A stretch of DNA of 60,286 bases from Chara braunii (lineage: Eukaryota > Plantae > Charophyceae), in contig BFEA01000012.1 in the NCBI GenBank assembly GCA_003427395.1, forward strand, positions 6,435,083 through 6,495,368, given 5' to 3'. The position numbers and the translations under genes were made by a program. Below are positions 25,181 through 37,900 of the stretch, one piece after another; within the stretch, counting starts at the first letter, position 1, and the number at the start of each line of letters is the position of its first letter. The notes beneath the pieces were generated by a model. The model did no database searches, had not been told where the DNA came from, and was given only the letters and a program-made list of their open reading frames with translations.

Positions 25181-26099
25181 NNNNNNNNNNNNNNNNNNNN
25201 NNNNNNNNNNNNNNNNNNNNNNNNNNNNNNNNNNNNNNNNNNNNNNNNNNNNNNNNNNNNNNNNNNNNNNNNNNNNNNNNNNNNNNNNNNNNNNNNNNNN
25301 NNNNNNNNNNNNNNNNNNNNNNNNNNNNNNNNNNNNNNNNNNNNNNNNNNNNNNNNNNNNNNNNNNNNNNNNNNNNNNNNNNNNNNNNNNNNNNNNNNNN
25401 NNNNNNNNNNNNNNNNNNNNNNNNNNNNNNNNNNNNNNNNNNNNNNNNNNNNNNNNNNNNNNNNNNNNNNNNNNNNNNNNNNNNNNNNNNNNNNNNNNNN
25501 NNNNNNNNNNNNNNNNNNNNNNNNNNNNNNNNNNNNNNNNNNNNNNNNNNNNNNNNNNNNNNNNNNNNNNNNNNNNNNNNNNNNNNNNNNNNNNNNNNNN
25601 NNNNNNNNNNNNNNNNNNNNNNNNNNNGGGGTGCGCGAGAGTTAACAGCAGCTTGATAGCAGTGGTGCTTCACCAGCTACGGGATCCGTGCTCTTGTTGA
25701 AGAGCCAATGAGATCGAGTTGACCAATAGACAGAAATTTTTCGTTTCTGTAAGCCACACATCTAGATATGGCCATTGAACAACATGTCCATGTGTTGTAT
25801 ATGATTTCTCTCTCTTTTAATGTAGGTAGAGGAAATTGGAAATTATACGCATACAACTGTGAGGCCTCAGGCCTCGGTGGGCCCACGGAGTGGCCGCCCG
25901 AGAAAAATGTGCCAGGCCCGAAGAGCAGGCCGGGTAACCCCGGTTAGAGGTTGGGACTGTATTTTATGTGTGTCTTGTTTGGCCAGGAGTCAGTCCACTG
26001 GGGCCATCCCCCAGCAGCAGTCTATATTCTCGTTCATCCTTCATGCTGAAGTGTCAGTCTGGGGCCAGTAGTACACCGTGTTAGTGTAAGTCATAGTGT

Positions 26100-29000
26100 G
26101 TGTTGTGTGTTGTGTGTTGTCGCTGTAATGCTTGACCAGCCCCCCCAGCTCCACCCCTCATCTCCACCATCTCCCTCTCTGTCTCTCTCTTCTCGGCAGA
26201 CAGGATTTGCCATCTGATGAGGATCCTGGTACACCGGTATCAGAGTGCCGTTCCCGCCCATCCTTCCCACAAAGCCCTCACAGCGCGAGGACGACGATGA
26301 CAAGGAGCCGCAGGCGCAGATGGCAAACACCAGGAAAGTCATAACCACCAACTTGTGGGTGCGCACCTCGGCCCTTCCCCACACATGCACACATTTTGGC
26401 ATCCCTGCCTGCCTTCCCCAAAACCGCCATCACTTTTTCTTCCCCCCCTGCGCCGACTCTTTCATCCCCCACATATCCCCGCCATCGTGCCACACGTTTT
26501 TACCTTGGCACAATCGCTCTTCCTTCCCACCAACTTTCCACCACCACACCTATCTTCCCTGCTCTGCCATCGCGCTGTCCACTACCCCACTGTCGCAGCA
26601 CCTTTTTGTGCATAACGGTGTCGAGCGCACCAGCTCCCTCCTTGGAGGGAGTCCTTCCAGTCATGTCACGCAGGAAGACGAGTATGCGGATGCACTTAAG
26701 CAGTTCACCACTCCATCTTACATCCTGCCAAGCCCTATGACATGATAGGGTTCAAGGGACAAACTTCCCATACCCAAGGGCTGTCACCACACTTGGGGGA
26801 GTATCCCCACGAATCTACTGATGCACATATGACAACTTGCTGTGGCAGAGGTACATCAGCCGAGGGGATTTGCTCGTTTGTTGATCTAGTATACACGCCC
26901 GACAACGCCTTTGTGACCCTCCTCATAACTAAGGTCAACGGGACCTAATCTCCCATGCCTTAGAGGCGAACAGTCAACTAGGGCATGTAACTCCCTCCGC
27001 TCCTAGTCCTTTTCTCTACCTCATATTGTGACATGGATGTGCATTTGAACATTAATATTCTTAAGTTTTGTGCGGCACAAACTTGGTAGCAAATGATCCT
27101 GGTGAAAGAGACCCCTAACCGCACGTTCGAAACCGTCTCCCATGGGCAATGAACAATGGGACCTATCGGGCCTGATGAGAGTTTCCATACCCAGACAGCA
27201 CTCCCCCTGCCCTACTCTGTTGTTGAGAGATGACGGCTAGTGGCGCAGTTGGTATAACGCATAAGGGATAAAGTATGGTACATACCTGATCAAAGACATG
27301 AAGTCGGATTTTGAGAATGGTGGAATGTTGGAACTGATATGCCTGGTAAAAACTGAATCAGAGGTAGACAGAAGAAATACATATCTCAGTTCTCTTCTAA
27401 GAGCCTCATGGAAAAGAAAGATTGTACTTGGATGTAAAAGTGTTGTCAAACTGTTGAATTCGCCGAAAGGCTTGAGTGTATTAACACCAAGAGAGGAAGG
27501 CAGATTGTGAGAAGTCTGATCCCAAATGAGCCGAGGAAGACGCTTGAGATTAACCCAAGGGTGCAAGCTGCAGTGGATGTGGCCAATGGTTCCTGTCTAT
27601 CTAAGGGGTCAAAAAGGCCTTCAATTACCGTTCTCACCGTACGGACTCTGGCCATTGCAAAGAAGCTTGAATCCATGGCCCCTTCCGTATCGTGTCTTCA
27701 AAGCTTACCCCTGATGCGAATACCCTGCCACCAATATTCCATTTGAGAGAGCAATTGCTCTTCCAAGTGAATCTCTCTGGCCAAGGGCTGTAAAACTTCT
27801 GTTTATTCAGAATCAATTTCTTGTTGTAGCAGTCGTTCTAGTTTCAGGTACAACTGATGTTCTTGAGAATGTCATTGTGCAGCCAACAATTTAAAGTATT
27901 CATTGCATTTGAAACTGTTTTCACCTTTGCAGTAGCAGATGCAGATCCCAGGGCTCGACCCCTAGACCTTGCCCGTACCCGTGTACAGTACCACGTCGAC
28001 CCCTGTGTGTTTGAACCCGCGACCTGTGCCTTGAAAGTCGCCTGCCTGCATGTCGTAGGTAGTGTGGTGAGCGGGTCTCGAACAGTAGGTCTGTAGGTTA
28101 GAAGTCTTGGTAGTGGTAGCGGTTGTAACTGCTACAGTACTGAAAGGTCAAGGTCATAGCTGCTACAGTACTGAAGGGTCAAGTCCACAACCTTCCGGAA
28201 GGTCCGGAAGTGACCCTTCGTGTAGTCTTGGGCGAAGGTCTGTAGGCAAGTGGGCAAGTGGTTAGTCCAACCTCGCCTAGTCAGCGGTACCCAGTCCCAA
28301 TCGCACTTTTCCAGTCAGCAAGTATCATGTGGGATTGTGTGCACCCTGGGCCCGGTGGGAAGGAGCAGACTAGCGACCAACCGAAGTGTAAATCAAGAGG
28401 CAGCGTCCAGCCATTCATTCATTCTGCCTGCAAGCCATGCGGAAGCGGTGCCTGAGCATCTTGTGCAAGGAGGTCTGCAGGTGCCCGAAGGAGAAGTGCG
28501 CTGCGAGGGAGACAAAGTGGTCATAGCCGCTAGTAGCTAGGAAGGTAGAAGGCGGCCATAGCTGCCGCAGGTTAGAGATAGGCTGTAACGTGTACGTGTG
28601 AGCGTGTTGCGCGAAGTGTGTGAGTGTCTGTGGGACATCCAGGGAGATCCAGAGTAGTGTGCGTGTGAACAATTGCCGGGAAGACAGTGTCGGCTGGGTG
28701 TTGTGTAGGCGCACAGGAGCCACCACCATCGGAAGCAAGTTTGAATCTGAACTGTGTTCTTGGCCTCGATATCTCTGAGCTTTGTGTGGGCGCCTGGCAC
28801 CAGTGTGATTGCCATCTGTTTTCATGCATGCTGAGTAAGGAGGAAGACGAGCCTGGTTGCACATTTACGACCAAGAATGCAAGGCCGTTATTGAACTATT
28901 TGACATCATCTTGAATCAACTCCCTCTGTTCCCGCCAGAAGGCCACACATCTTGGTGACAGGTTGTGAAGCGATCAATTTTAAGATGAGAGGTATCAAGT

Positions 29001-32000
29001 TAAAAAAAAAAATCTCCCCTGGTCTGTTTTTTTCCTGAAGGAAAAAATTACCACACACATTGTGTGGTCAAGCCACAGAAGAGGGCTACATGGGATATTT
29101 ATGCGACCTGGAGGGCGCCTTGCAGTTCTTCTGACACTACAATCATATCAATCATAGACTTAGACCTGTGACGAGCATTACCTTTCCTAAAACATGAGAA
29201 GGTGCGCTGGGACGAGTATAGTCTCCTGAAGGAATCGAAGAGATTGAGCGTCTGACACAGATTTATTGTAATGAGTTCATCCATTTCAACAAATGTTGGA
29301 CAAGGAGAAGGAAGTTGCCCCGGGATTTTTCTAAAAGTGTCCTCACTTTTGAAAAGGAGAATATTCCCCAAGATCTGCGTTGTACTCCCGTTGACAAAAA
29401 ACACGAACGAAAGAGCAAAAGGAGATGTTAGAGATGTCTCTAACTAAGAAAGAGATATGGACAGCCTTGATGCTCATGGAGGAGGAAAAAAAATTGGGCA
29501 TCTCCCAAAGGAATTATGGGAATCCCTCTGGGACCTTTTCTCGCAGGACCTCATGGATTATTACCATGCAGTCTAGGTGACGGGAGGGGGAATTTGTGGG
29601 TCACCCTCTCGTATAAAAAGAGGAGGTAAATCAAATATTTGCAACTATCGTCCAATTACCTTACTTATTGTTGTCTATAAGATGGTTGTCAAGGCGTTGA
29701 CAACTCGTTCAACGAAAGTTATTGTAGACATTATCCATCAAGCATAGACAATATTTATCAATGGACAGCATATACAGGACAATGTGCTTCTTACCAATGA
29801 ACTCGTTAAATTGACTCGTCAATCCAAACACACTGTGGCCTTTATATTTATTGATTTTGAGAAAGTCTATGACCATGTGGACTGGTTCTTCCTGGACAAA
29901 TGTTTGAAAAAGATGAACTTTGGACCTTTTCTAGGAGATGGATAAAAATTTTACATGTAAATGTCACCACTCGGGTAATGGTTAATTGTAACATTGCCCC
30001 TCCGATTTCCCTTCATTTCTCGGTCCGACAAGGTAACCCCATTGCGCCCTTTTTGTTTGTGATCATTATGGAAGCTATGGCGCCAAACTTCAGGCAACAT
30101 AAAGTCATCAAACACATTCATATCTCCTATATCCCCGAGGATGCAATTCTAGTTTGTTCCCTCTTTGTTGATGATCTCTTCGTGACGGTGAAAGCCTCAC
30201 ACGAGAACCTACTTGACATTTGTCAGTTATCTGATATGAAAGTAAATTGGGGCAGTAAAACAATAGGGTGGTGGATGTAGCATCAAGGGGTTAGGCCACT
30301 GAAACAACCTCAAGTTAAATAGCTTCCCCTGCTAGGGTTTTTTCCTCTTCGCAGTAGGGAAACCAGCTACTAACAATTAATGGATTATCGAAAAAACTCA
30401 AGTTAAACTGGAATTATGGAAAGAAAAACACACTTCTCTATTAGGAAGGACCTTAGCCATTAATAATGTGGTCATGGCGTTCATTTAGTATAAATCGGCT
30501 ATCTGGGCTTTAGATAAGAATGACCTTCAATTTTCTTTAAAGATAACTAACAATTCTTTTGTAGAGGGGAAACCATGAATATAACAATGTCATTAGCAGG
30601 GTTGCTTATCCAGTGGATTAAGCGTCTACTTTTAAATCCCCATACTCATTGGGGTAATTCAGCCTGGCAACAAATCAGACGCCTCACACCTGTCACATCA
30701 TAAGCCATTGACCCCCTGATGTGGTTGAAAAATAGATCGTGGTGTCTCCCAAGAGGGACCTCTGTTGACTCAATCAATCAACAACTCTCGCATCGCGAGG
30801 CTGCAGGAATAGATTTAAAAAAAGACTCATTCGACGCAGATTACCCTTGATTGATTAGATACTCATGAAAGATGGGAGAAGATTTACCAACAACGTTTGT
30901 TCAATAATCAATGGATTAAGGACTCTCAAGGGTGTGTCCTTCATTGCATGGACTTTCCATGGGAAGGTTGAGTAAAGAATGGAAAGTCGGAATTCACAAT
31001 ATATGGAACCCGGATACAAAATAACGGATCTCTCCTTCCGGGGTACACGGGCGCTTTAGGTATTGTCATCATTCAGCAAAAGCCCTAGATCGTATCATTT
31101 AATTGCTTCCTTTGGACTGGGTACAGGTCCTCAAAAAAGGGCCTCGGTTGTTACTTGGTGATTGGGTGTTCCTAAAGAGTCAAGCAAACATAGTTGTTAC
31201 TGTTATTGAAGCACATCCAGATGGGACGATCCTCCTTTCGCTTTTTGACTTACTACCATATAACACAAGTTACTCCCAATCACAAGGAAAATATTCAATG
31301 GGCAACAACCAATCGAGTCTTTAGAATTCATATCTTAAAGCATAAAAGTAAGTGGTTAGCCTTCATACGAGATACCCCTATCTCTCAACTATCTTTGGAT
31401 CCGGAAACCTGGGCGTGGTCTAGCTCGGGGAGTACCGATCTCTCCACTCCCAAACAGTGAAATCCACGTATAGAATACCTCGTCCTAGACTAAATCTCAA
31501 GGATAGGGTGGTAGCCATATAGGTAAGGATAAGATACGTTCCGAACAGTTAAATGGTCTCGTTCTCTCAAATCCAAACTAGTAAAATTTGCCTTTTTACA
31601 ATGGCAAACTGAGCATTGTTACCTTCCTACGAATGATTGGTTGATTGATAGGACCGCGCTAAAGCAAAGAGGTATCGCACTACCAAGGTGCAAGTTCTCT
31701 AGGTCCGCTTTCCCTTTCAGGATAATTCCTGAGACTATCGAGCATGTTTTTTTCCAATGCCCTTGAGTTGTTTGATTGTGGAGATGGTGGGATTAAATCT
31801 GGACCCAATTGGGCCCCCAGGTACCTTGGCCTTGGGATAGGAAAACCCTCCTTCTGGAAACATGGGAACCTGTTCCTTTTGACGATTGTACGTATAATTT
31901 TTTCATCCTGGGACGAAAAGCAGTTTTATGGGCAATTTGGTTAAGGCATTGTACGTATGAAATGAAGGAGTACAACTTGATGACCCATAATTCACAAAAT

Positions 32001-32766
32001 CTATAAAGCTCCAAAAACCTCCAAATACAAACTGACATTTCTACCAAATGGGACGTCACTAGGAAGAAAATACAACACTTATCATCACGTGTTGAGATAA
32101 CTTTAAGTCTTCATCATATCCAAAACTTCAACTGTTGTTGGTTTGGGGGAATCCAAGTGGGATGTGGATGTAAATGGGGATACAACAAAATTGTGTTGGG
32201 ATTATCGGTTGTCCTTCAATGACTGGACTGTTGTGGATTCGACAATACCCTTGTGCCCTCTCTCGGAATTCCAAAATACCCCCTCCCGCTCTCCAAGGTG
32301 TGTGGTGCCCCACTCTCGCTTTTGTTACGAGTAACTAGAGGAAGGAGGTTAGTTTGTCTCAAGTGGTAGTCGGGCTACAAAAACAGAGAATTAAGGTTGA
32401 ATCTATTCGGTAGTATGAAGGTTTTCTTGTTGTTTCCACCATCTGAGCAGGCACTGATAGCACAGGAATATTTGGGTTTGGTTGCATAAAAAATGTTCAT
32501 TCTGGGCTCTTTGGTCTCTAGGATGTGAGTTCAGCTAGGTATATCAAGTTTATCAGGTGGTCACTTTTAGGCTGGAGATCCTCACTCCAACTCGCAATTC
32601 ACTTCCTCATTTCTTCATGTATCATCATTATTATATGAGGGAGGTTGGATCCGGTTTCCAGCGAGCGCAACTCTCCACCAATAGAATGGAGCCATCAACC
32701 GGACATGGTGAGTGCTCATATCACTATCGCTAGCACTCCTAGCAGGTATTATTAAAAAAACAAAAA
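26100..32766 (+). mobile_element. Heavily decayed L1-like LINE (element 2) with internal inversion and nested solo LTR
   Basis: APE N-terminal remnants on + (~27230-27440: ASGAVGI, DRRNTYLSSL, KIVLG). RT on + (29440-30300: NYRPITLL, FIDFEKVYDHVDW, SVRQGNPIAPFLF, LFVDDL). CCHC remnant ETIEHVFFQC (~31730). A-tail 32753-32766. The 5' boundary is uncertain. Confidence 0.8.
27910..28861. mobile_element. Solo LTR (952 bp)
   Basis: TGAAAC...GTTGCA termini with 4-bp TSD CATT (27906-27909 and 28862-28865). Removing it restores the LINE reading ...ILGRKCNEYFKLLAAQ on the minus strand. Confidence 0.8.
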
Positions 32767-33295
32767 CAAGATAGATTAACCTAAGCGAGAGAATGGTTGT
32801 GAGGATTTCAGGAGGGTGGGCATTTTGAGGTTTTGGGGCTTTGCAAGGGCCAGGACCGCCTAGGACCGGTAGCTGCGCGTAGGAGGCCGAGGAGGCCGCA
32901 GTCCTTTTTCAAAATTGAAACGGTGCGGGTCCACTTTTCTCGAACAGCAGAGTTCNNNNNNNNNNNNNNNNNNNNNNNNNNNNNNNNNNNNNNNNNNNNN
33001 NNNNNNNNNNNNNNNNNNNNNNNNNNNNNNNNNNNNNNNNNNNNNNNNNNNNNNNNNNNNNNNNNNNNNNNNNNNNNNNNNNNNNNNNNNNNNNNNNNNN
33101 NNNNNNNNNNNNNNNNNNNNNNNNNNNNNNNNNNNNNNNNNNNNNNNNNNNNNNNNNNNNNNNNNNNNNNNNNNNNNNNNNNNNNNNNNNNNNNNNNNNN
33201 NNNNNNNNNNNNNNNNNNNNNNNNNNNNNNNNNNNNNNNNNNNNNNNNNNNNNNNNNNNNNNNNNNNNNNNNNNNNNNNNNNNNNNNNNNNNNNN

Positions 33296-33360
<65 letters not shown>
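33296..33360. repeat. (CA)n microsatellite flanking gap 32956-33295
   Basis: Directly visible. Confidence 0.95.
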
Positions 33361-33364
<4 letters not shown>

Positions 33365-33595
33365 AACCTTCTCATGTCTATTGATGGGGAGCGCCGCCTG
33401 CTGGAAACTGGGTCCAGTGTCCCATGAACATCGTGAATAAAGCACCAACCGGGACCCCACACACACACTCTCTTCGAGTTGTGTATAACGAACATGATAA
33501 AACATACATACAACATAATCACTACCTTACCCTTCCCGAACCACATAAACAAACGAACTACGGGCTGCGCACCCGTGCCCTCACGGTAAGTCAAT

Positions 33596-33762
33596 CGAAT
33601 GCGGCCCTCGAGATTAACGAGGACCGCATGAGTATGGGTACTATATAGTACGCCATTATTGCGACCACTTGCAATGCATGCTTACGAAAGTGGTCGCAAT
33701 AATGACGTACTATATAGTACCCATACTCATGCGGTCCTCGTTAATCTCGAGGGCCGCATTCG
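33596..33762. repeat. Fold-back inverted repeat (75-bp arms, 17-nt loop)
   Basis: 33596-33670 is the reverse complement of 33688-33762 with one mismatch. Confidence 0.9.
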
Positions 33763-34015
33763 GCACTCAAGTGTCAGCTGACATATGCCTTGAGGGGTTA
33801 ATCTCTCGATGCTAGACAATTGTCAAGTGCGGTTGAGAACCACACCCTCTTCTCCACCCTGTGGAGAGTGGGTGGTACACAGGTTCATACATATGGTGGC
33901 AATCGTCTCTTATTGCCTTGGAGTTCAGCTCCATCATCTAGGGTCTGGAGATAACTCAAGGGGTTCGACTTTGACAGTTGTCACGGACTACAACGTCCAA
34001 CTATATAAAACCCTA

Positions 34016-34310
34016 CGTAGCACCATGTTCGCGTTCGGAGGCGACCACGAACAAGCGCTCAAAAACGTGCGAGCGCGAACATAAAAAAAAAAAAAAAAAA
34101 AAAAAAGGTTGTCAAAAAAATCTGAAAACAATATATGCTATGTAAAATAACAATATAAACAATTTTTGCCTTGAAGTCATGTCCCAAATCATAGCCAATC
34201 ATGAGTTACAAATCAAAAGTCAAAAAATATATATATTTTTTTAATCTTTTACGAAAAAAAAATATGTTCGCGCGAACGTGAAGGGTCGCGAACATGTTTG
34301 CCGTGCTACG
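34016..34310. mobile_element. MITE inserted in copy A
   Basis: Imperfect TIRs CGTAGCAC-CATGTTCGCG / CGCGAACATG-GTGCTACG around an AT-rich core; absent at the homologous position in copies B and D. Confidence 0.7.
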
Positions 34311-34965
34311 CAAATAAAAACTATACAAAGCAAAGGATAAAAGAAGATCCCCCTTCTCTCTCAACTCATAATCCGTTTAACTCTTGCGCACGGTCATAAT
34401 AGGCCGCGCGAACACTCAATGTGTACGTATGTACATATATATAAAGGGTTATAAATATGTGACGGTCACTTCTCACAGTCACAGTGGGGCTTCTTTCAGC
34501 CATATATATGTGTGGAATCGCAGACAATCGGATCCGAAGTTTGAACCACAAACATATATGCACTTACATCAAAGATTCAATCGAAGTTCACGCACCACAC
34601 GAGGTCAACTTCAACCATTCTCTACACTCATACCCATTGCTTTAGCCATGCAAGCCCCAACCTTTGTCCAACCTTCCAAAATAAATACTCAGTACTGACA
34701 ATACCTTTGTTAAATGGTTATTCAATAAAAGTCTGGGTGAAAACCTTAATAAAACAATAAAAAAACACCAGGGCTAAAGCCTTTAGGTTGGGTTACGAGA
34801 GTGAATTGGAGTTGAGCCGTAAACCGCCGAATCGGCAGCCGGCCTGTTATCAGTGTTAATGGAAGTCAAATCCTGAATCAAATGTCCAAAGAGGGTCTAT
34901 ATCATAAGACAGGTTAACGCCCAAGCTAAATCATCAGTGTATGGAGAATGAATCTCCATAGCACA

Positions 34966-37900
34966 TGTCGGTGCGAATACCCTTACAAGGATATCCGCCC
35001 TGTTTTTTTGCAAGTGACAGAAAGTAAGTTTGGTTTAAAGTTTAAGTATATCGCGCGAGGCGCGACTATGCCTGTAGTTTAAATTGACTGAATGGTTGAC
35101 TAGATTAGAGAGTGTGTGAGAGCGCAGACTTAAGGCGCGCGTGATCTCTCTTCTTATTGATGACTACGAAGCCGGCGTTGGTTGTCGGCCAATATTTTAT
35201 TTCTGATTAAGCTAGGAGTAAAAATATTTTTATCTCGTGATTGGTGTGCTTGCCCGTGAGTTGTGTGTACATGCGGAAGATGATTCGATAACAATGTGAC
35301 TCTGAAAACGTTTTGGTAAATTTACGCGATGCGCAGTATCCGCTTATATAGGTGTCAGTCATTACTAGACCCAGCCTTGGGCCTAGGACTAGCGGTTACG
35401 GCGTTAGACTTTCTTCATAGAGATTCAGGGATTGAGATCGAGCGGCGACGACACGAGAATATCAGAGTAGCGCGAAGGGATCGGGGGGGTGAGGGCCCGG
35501 CGGGGCTATCCCCTTTGGTTTTGCTGTCAGCGGAGTCGGAGCTAAAATTCTTCTAAATATTTTATTATTTATTGTCGTTGTTAGTTATTTTCATGTCTTG
35601 GCGCTCTCTGAGTCAAGACGTGGCGCCGGGTTTGAGGGTCGTTACGGCGGGCGAGGACCTTGAGCGGGGCGCCTCCTATGTCTGACTTACGGGGTCCTCG
35701 CGTGTTCAGGGTGTTGACGGAGTTTCCTTCATCCTGTTCATCTTGAAGGTACGGGCCGAGGAGTTCAATGTGCATACGAGGCGGCGGGTGATCAACCCCC
35801 GAGCCGGAAGAAACTTGAGTGGCAAGGATGTTTTTTTTTTACAAGTGTGTCGTCCGTGAACCGCTGACTGGCGCAAGAAGGGTTGAAGTGCACCTGTCAT
35901 CAGGGCCAGAGGCAGACTGCGACCCAGGGCATAGTGATGAGTGTCTAGCTGGCCTGTGAAGTCTTCTCCACCTCGGCCTTCGTAGTTCTCAACTGGAATT
36001 TTACTACTACCACCAAGATTCGCATCGGGACTTGCTTCACTTAGGCCCACACTTAGACGTCGCAGTGAGCCCAGCGGCCTCCTACTCGCTACAACGACGG
36101 AACCTCCACGATGGTCGAGGATACGTCGCCTGCTGCAGCGATACCTTCAGAGGATGACTGATTTGGTCACCGAGCTGCTATACCCTCCTTGGCGGGCGTC
36201 GACTTTCGTGACCACCGTTGTGCTGCCGCGATCGCTGTATGGGGTAGCGAGCAACCGACGACCTAGCGGGAAGTGGAGGAGACGAGGACGAATGAATGGG
36301 AGGGGCGAGGTACGAGCGCAGAAAGGTGAGAGTCGAGTGGCAGCGAGGGGAACGAGACAAGAGAGAGGGGACAAACCTGGGCTGGATTCTGTGCGAGGTA
36401 CATGCAGAGTGGGAAGAAAGCGGCGACGGGGAGGGGTATGACTACGGTAAAGATGGGAGGTGCATGCCCCGCTCGTTCCTCAATGAGAACGAGTTGAAGA
36501 AGAGGGTAAGTAGGAATCTTGGTGTCAGGCGAATGCAATTATGACATTAGTTTGGGTAGAAAATTAGTAGAATGAGAGTTGGTAGAGAAAATGGGTTGCG
36601 CGCAACTATGGCGGAAGAGAGAAGGAAGAGAGGAGAAAGTGCATAGCTCATCCGTTGGTGGCGACCCCGAGGTTTTGGCCCCGGGCGAATCGGTTGGTGA
36701 AGTTGGATTCAGAGTTAGGCTAGTAGATTTGGAGGTAGGAAGGAAAACGGATGCGCGGAGTGCCGACGATGATGGATATGGTGGAATTGAAAATTGTATG
36801 GCTCACCCGATTCCTAATGGAATCGGGCAAATCAAGATCCGTCCCAGGGGTTTTAAGGGCGAGCGAACCCGAATCTACAGTTAGAATGAAGCGATAGTTA
36901 GTAGGAAAAGAGCGGAAATAGAAGGATGGTGCGTGGAGCTATGGAGGAACGAAACGGGGAAGTAGCATGGTTAGCTCAGTTCTCGACAAAAACGATTAAG
37001 CGAGGGGTTAAGTTTGGGGTTTTGGGATAGGGCGAGTATGCTGGTGGAGGCGGAATTGGGATCGGAGTGGTGGATTCGACTGAGCAATGCGTGAGGGTTG
37101 CGCCCGGGAGGAGGGGCCTAAATGTGAGGGTGTATCTGGTCATGTTCTAGGGGCAGGATCATTCGTTTCTGTTTTTTTTCGTCGGATAGTGTGGCAGGGC
37201 CAGCATTGTTATTTGTGATCGACAACAGGATCCAGCGCCGATTGCTCATAGCTAGGCCACTCTGTCGTATCTATCCCGATCAGGATAGTAGTGAAGATCG
37301 TCGCATTTGTACCGTCGCCATTGCCTGTCCGGCCTAGTCTTGATCCGCTCTTGCTTGGCTCGTAGGTTCATCCCTACAGCCTTGGTTCGTTGCGGGCCGT
37401 TAGCACGTGGCTAGACTGGTAGAAGGCACATTTGGGCGCAAGAACAGCGAAATCGAGCAACTCTGAACCGATGGCGAGTTTTTTTTATCTTCAACTAGAG
37501 AATTTATCCGGTTTCGCACATCGTATCAAAGGTAGTGGTGCATGGTCGTTCTCAGTTGGGGGAGTGAGCTGGCTAGCAAGGGTTGACAGATTGAGAGCTC
37601 ATCCCTGGCTCCGTGGGTGGTGTTGCCTGTTGTTGCTAGCTACGACGAACCGAGACAGTGGCTCTTTTATCCCGGTATGGCCGCCGTGTCCGACAGTAGA
37701 GAGTTTGGTTGCGGCAGTCCATCTGTTACAAGCTAGCGAAGGCGTTACAACTTGAGGAGGTAGTCGGGCTACGAAGGGAGAATACCATTGTCACTTTGAG
37801 GGTCGTCTGAGAAGAGGCAGGTTGACTACTGTTGACTAGGTAGGCTGCGTTTGTTGCATGTTGCTACGAGTCGCCAGTAATCTGACGAGGTGTGAGGGAA

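Noticed and set aside
27125-27195. GAAAC...CTGATGAG suggesting a type II hammerhead
   Set aside because: The required stems cannot be formed; it lies in decayed LINE endonuclease sequence.
35739-36226. Functional rRNA gene
   Set aside because: Short, heavily substituted, in mixed orientation and embedded in a repeat; treated as pseudogenic cargo.
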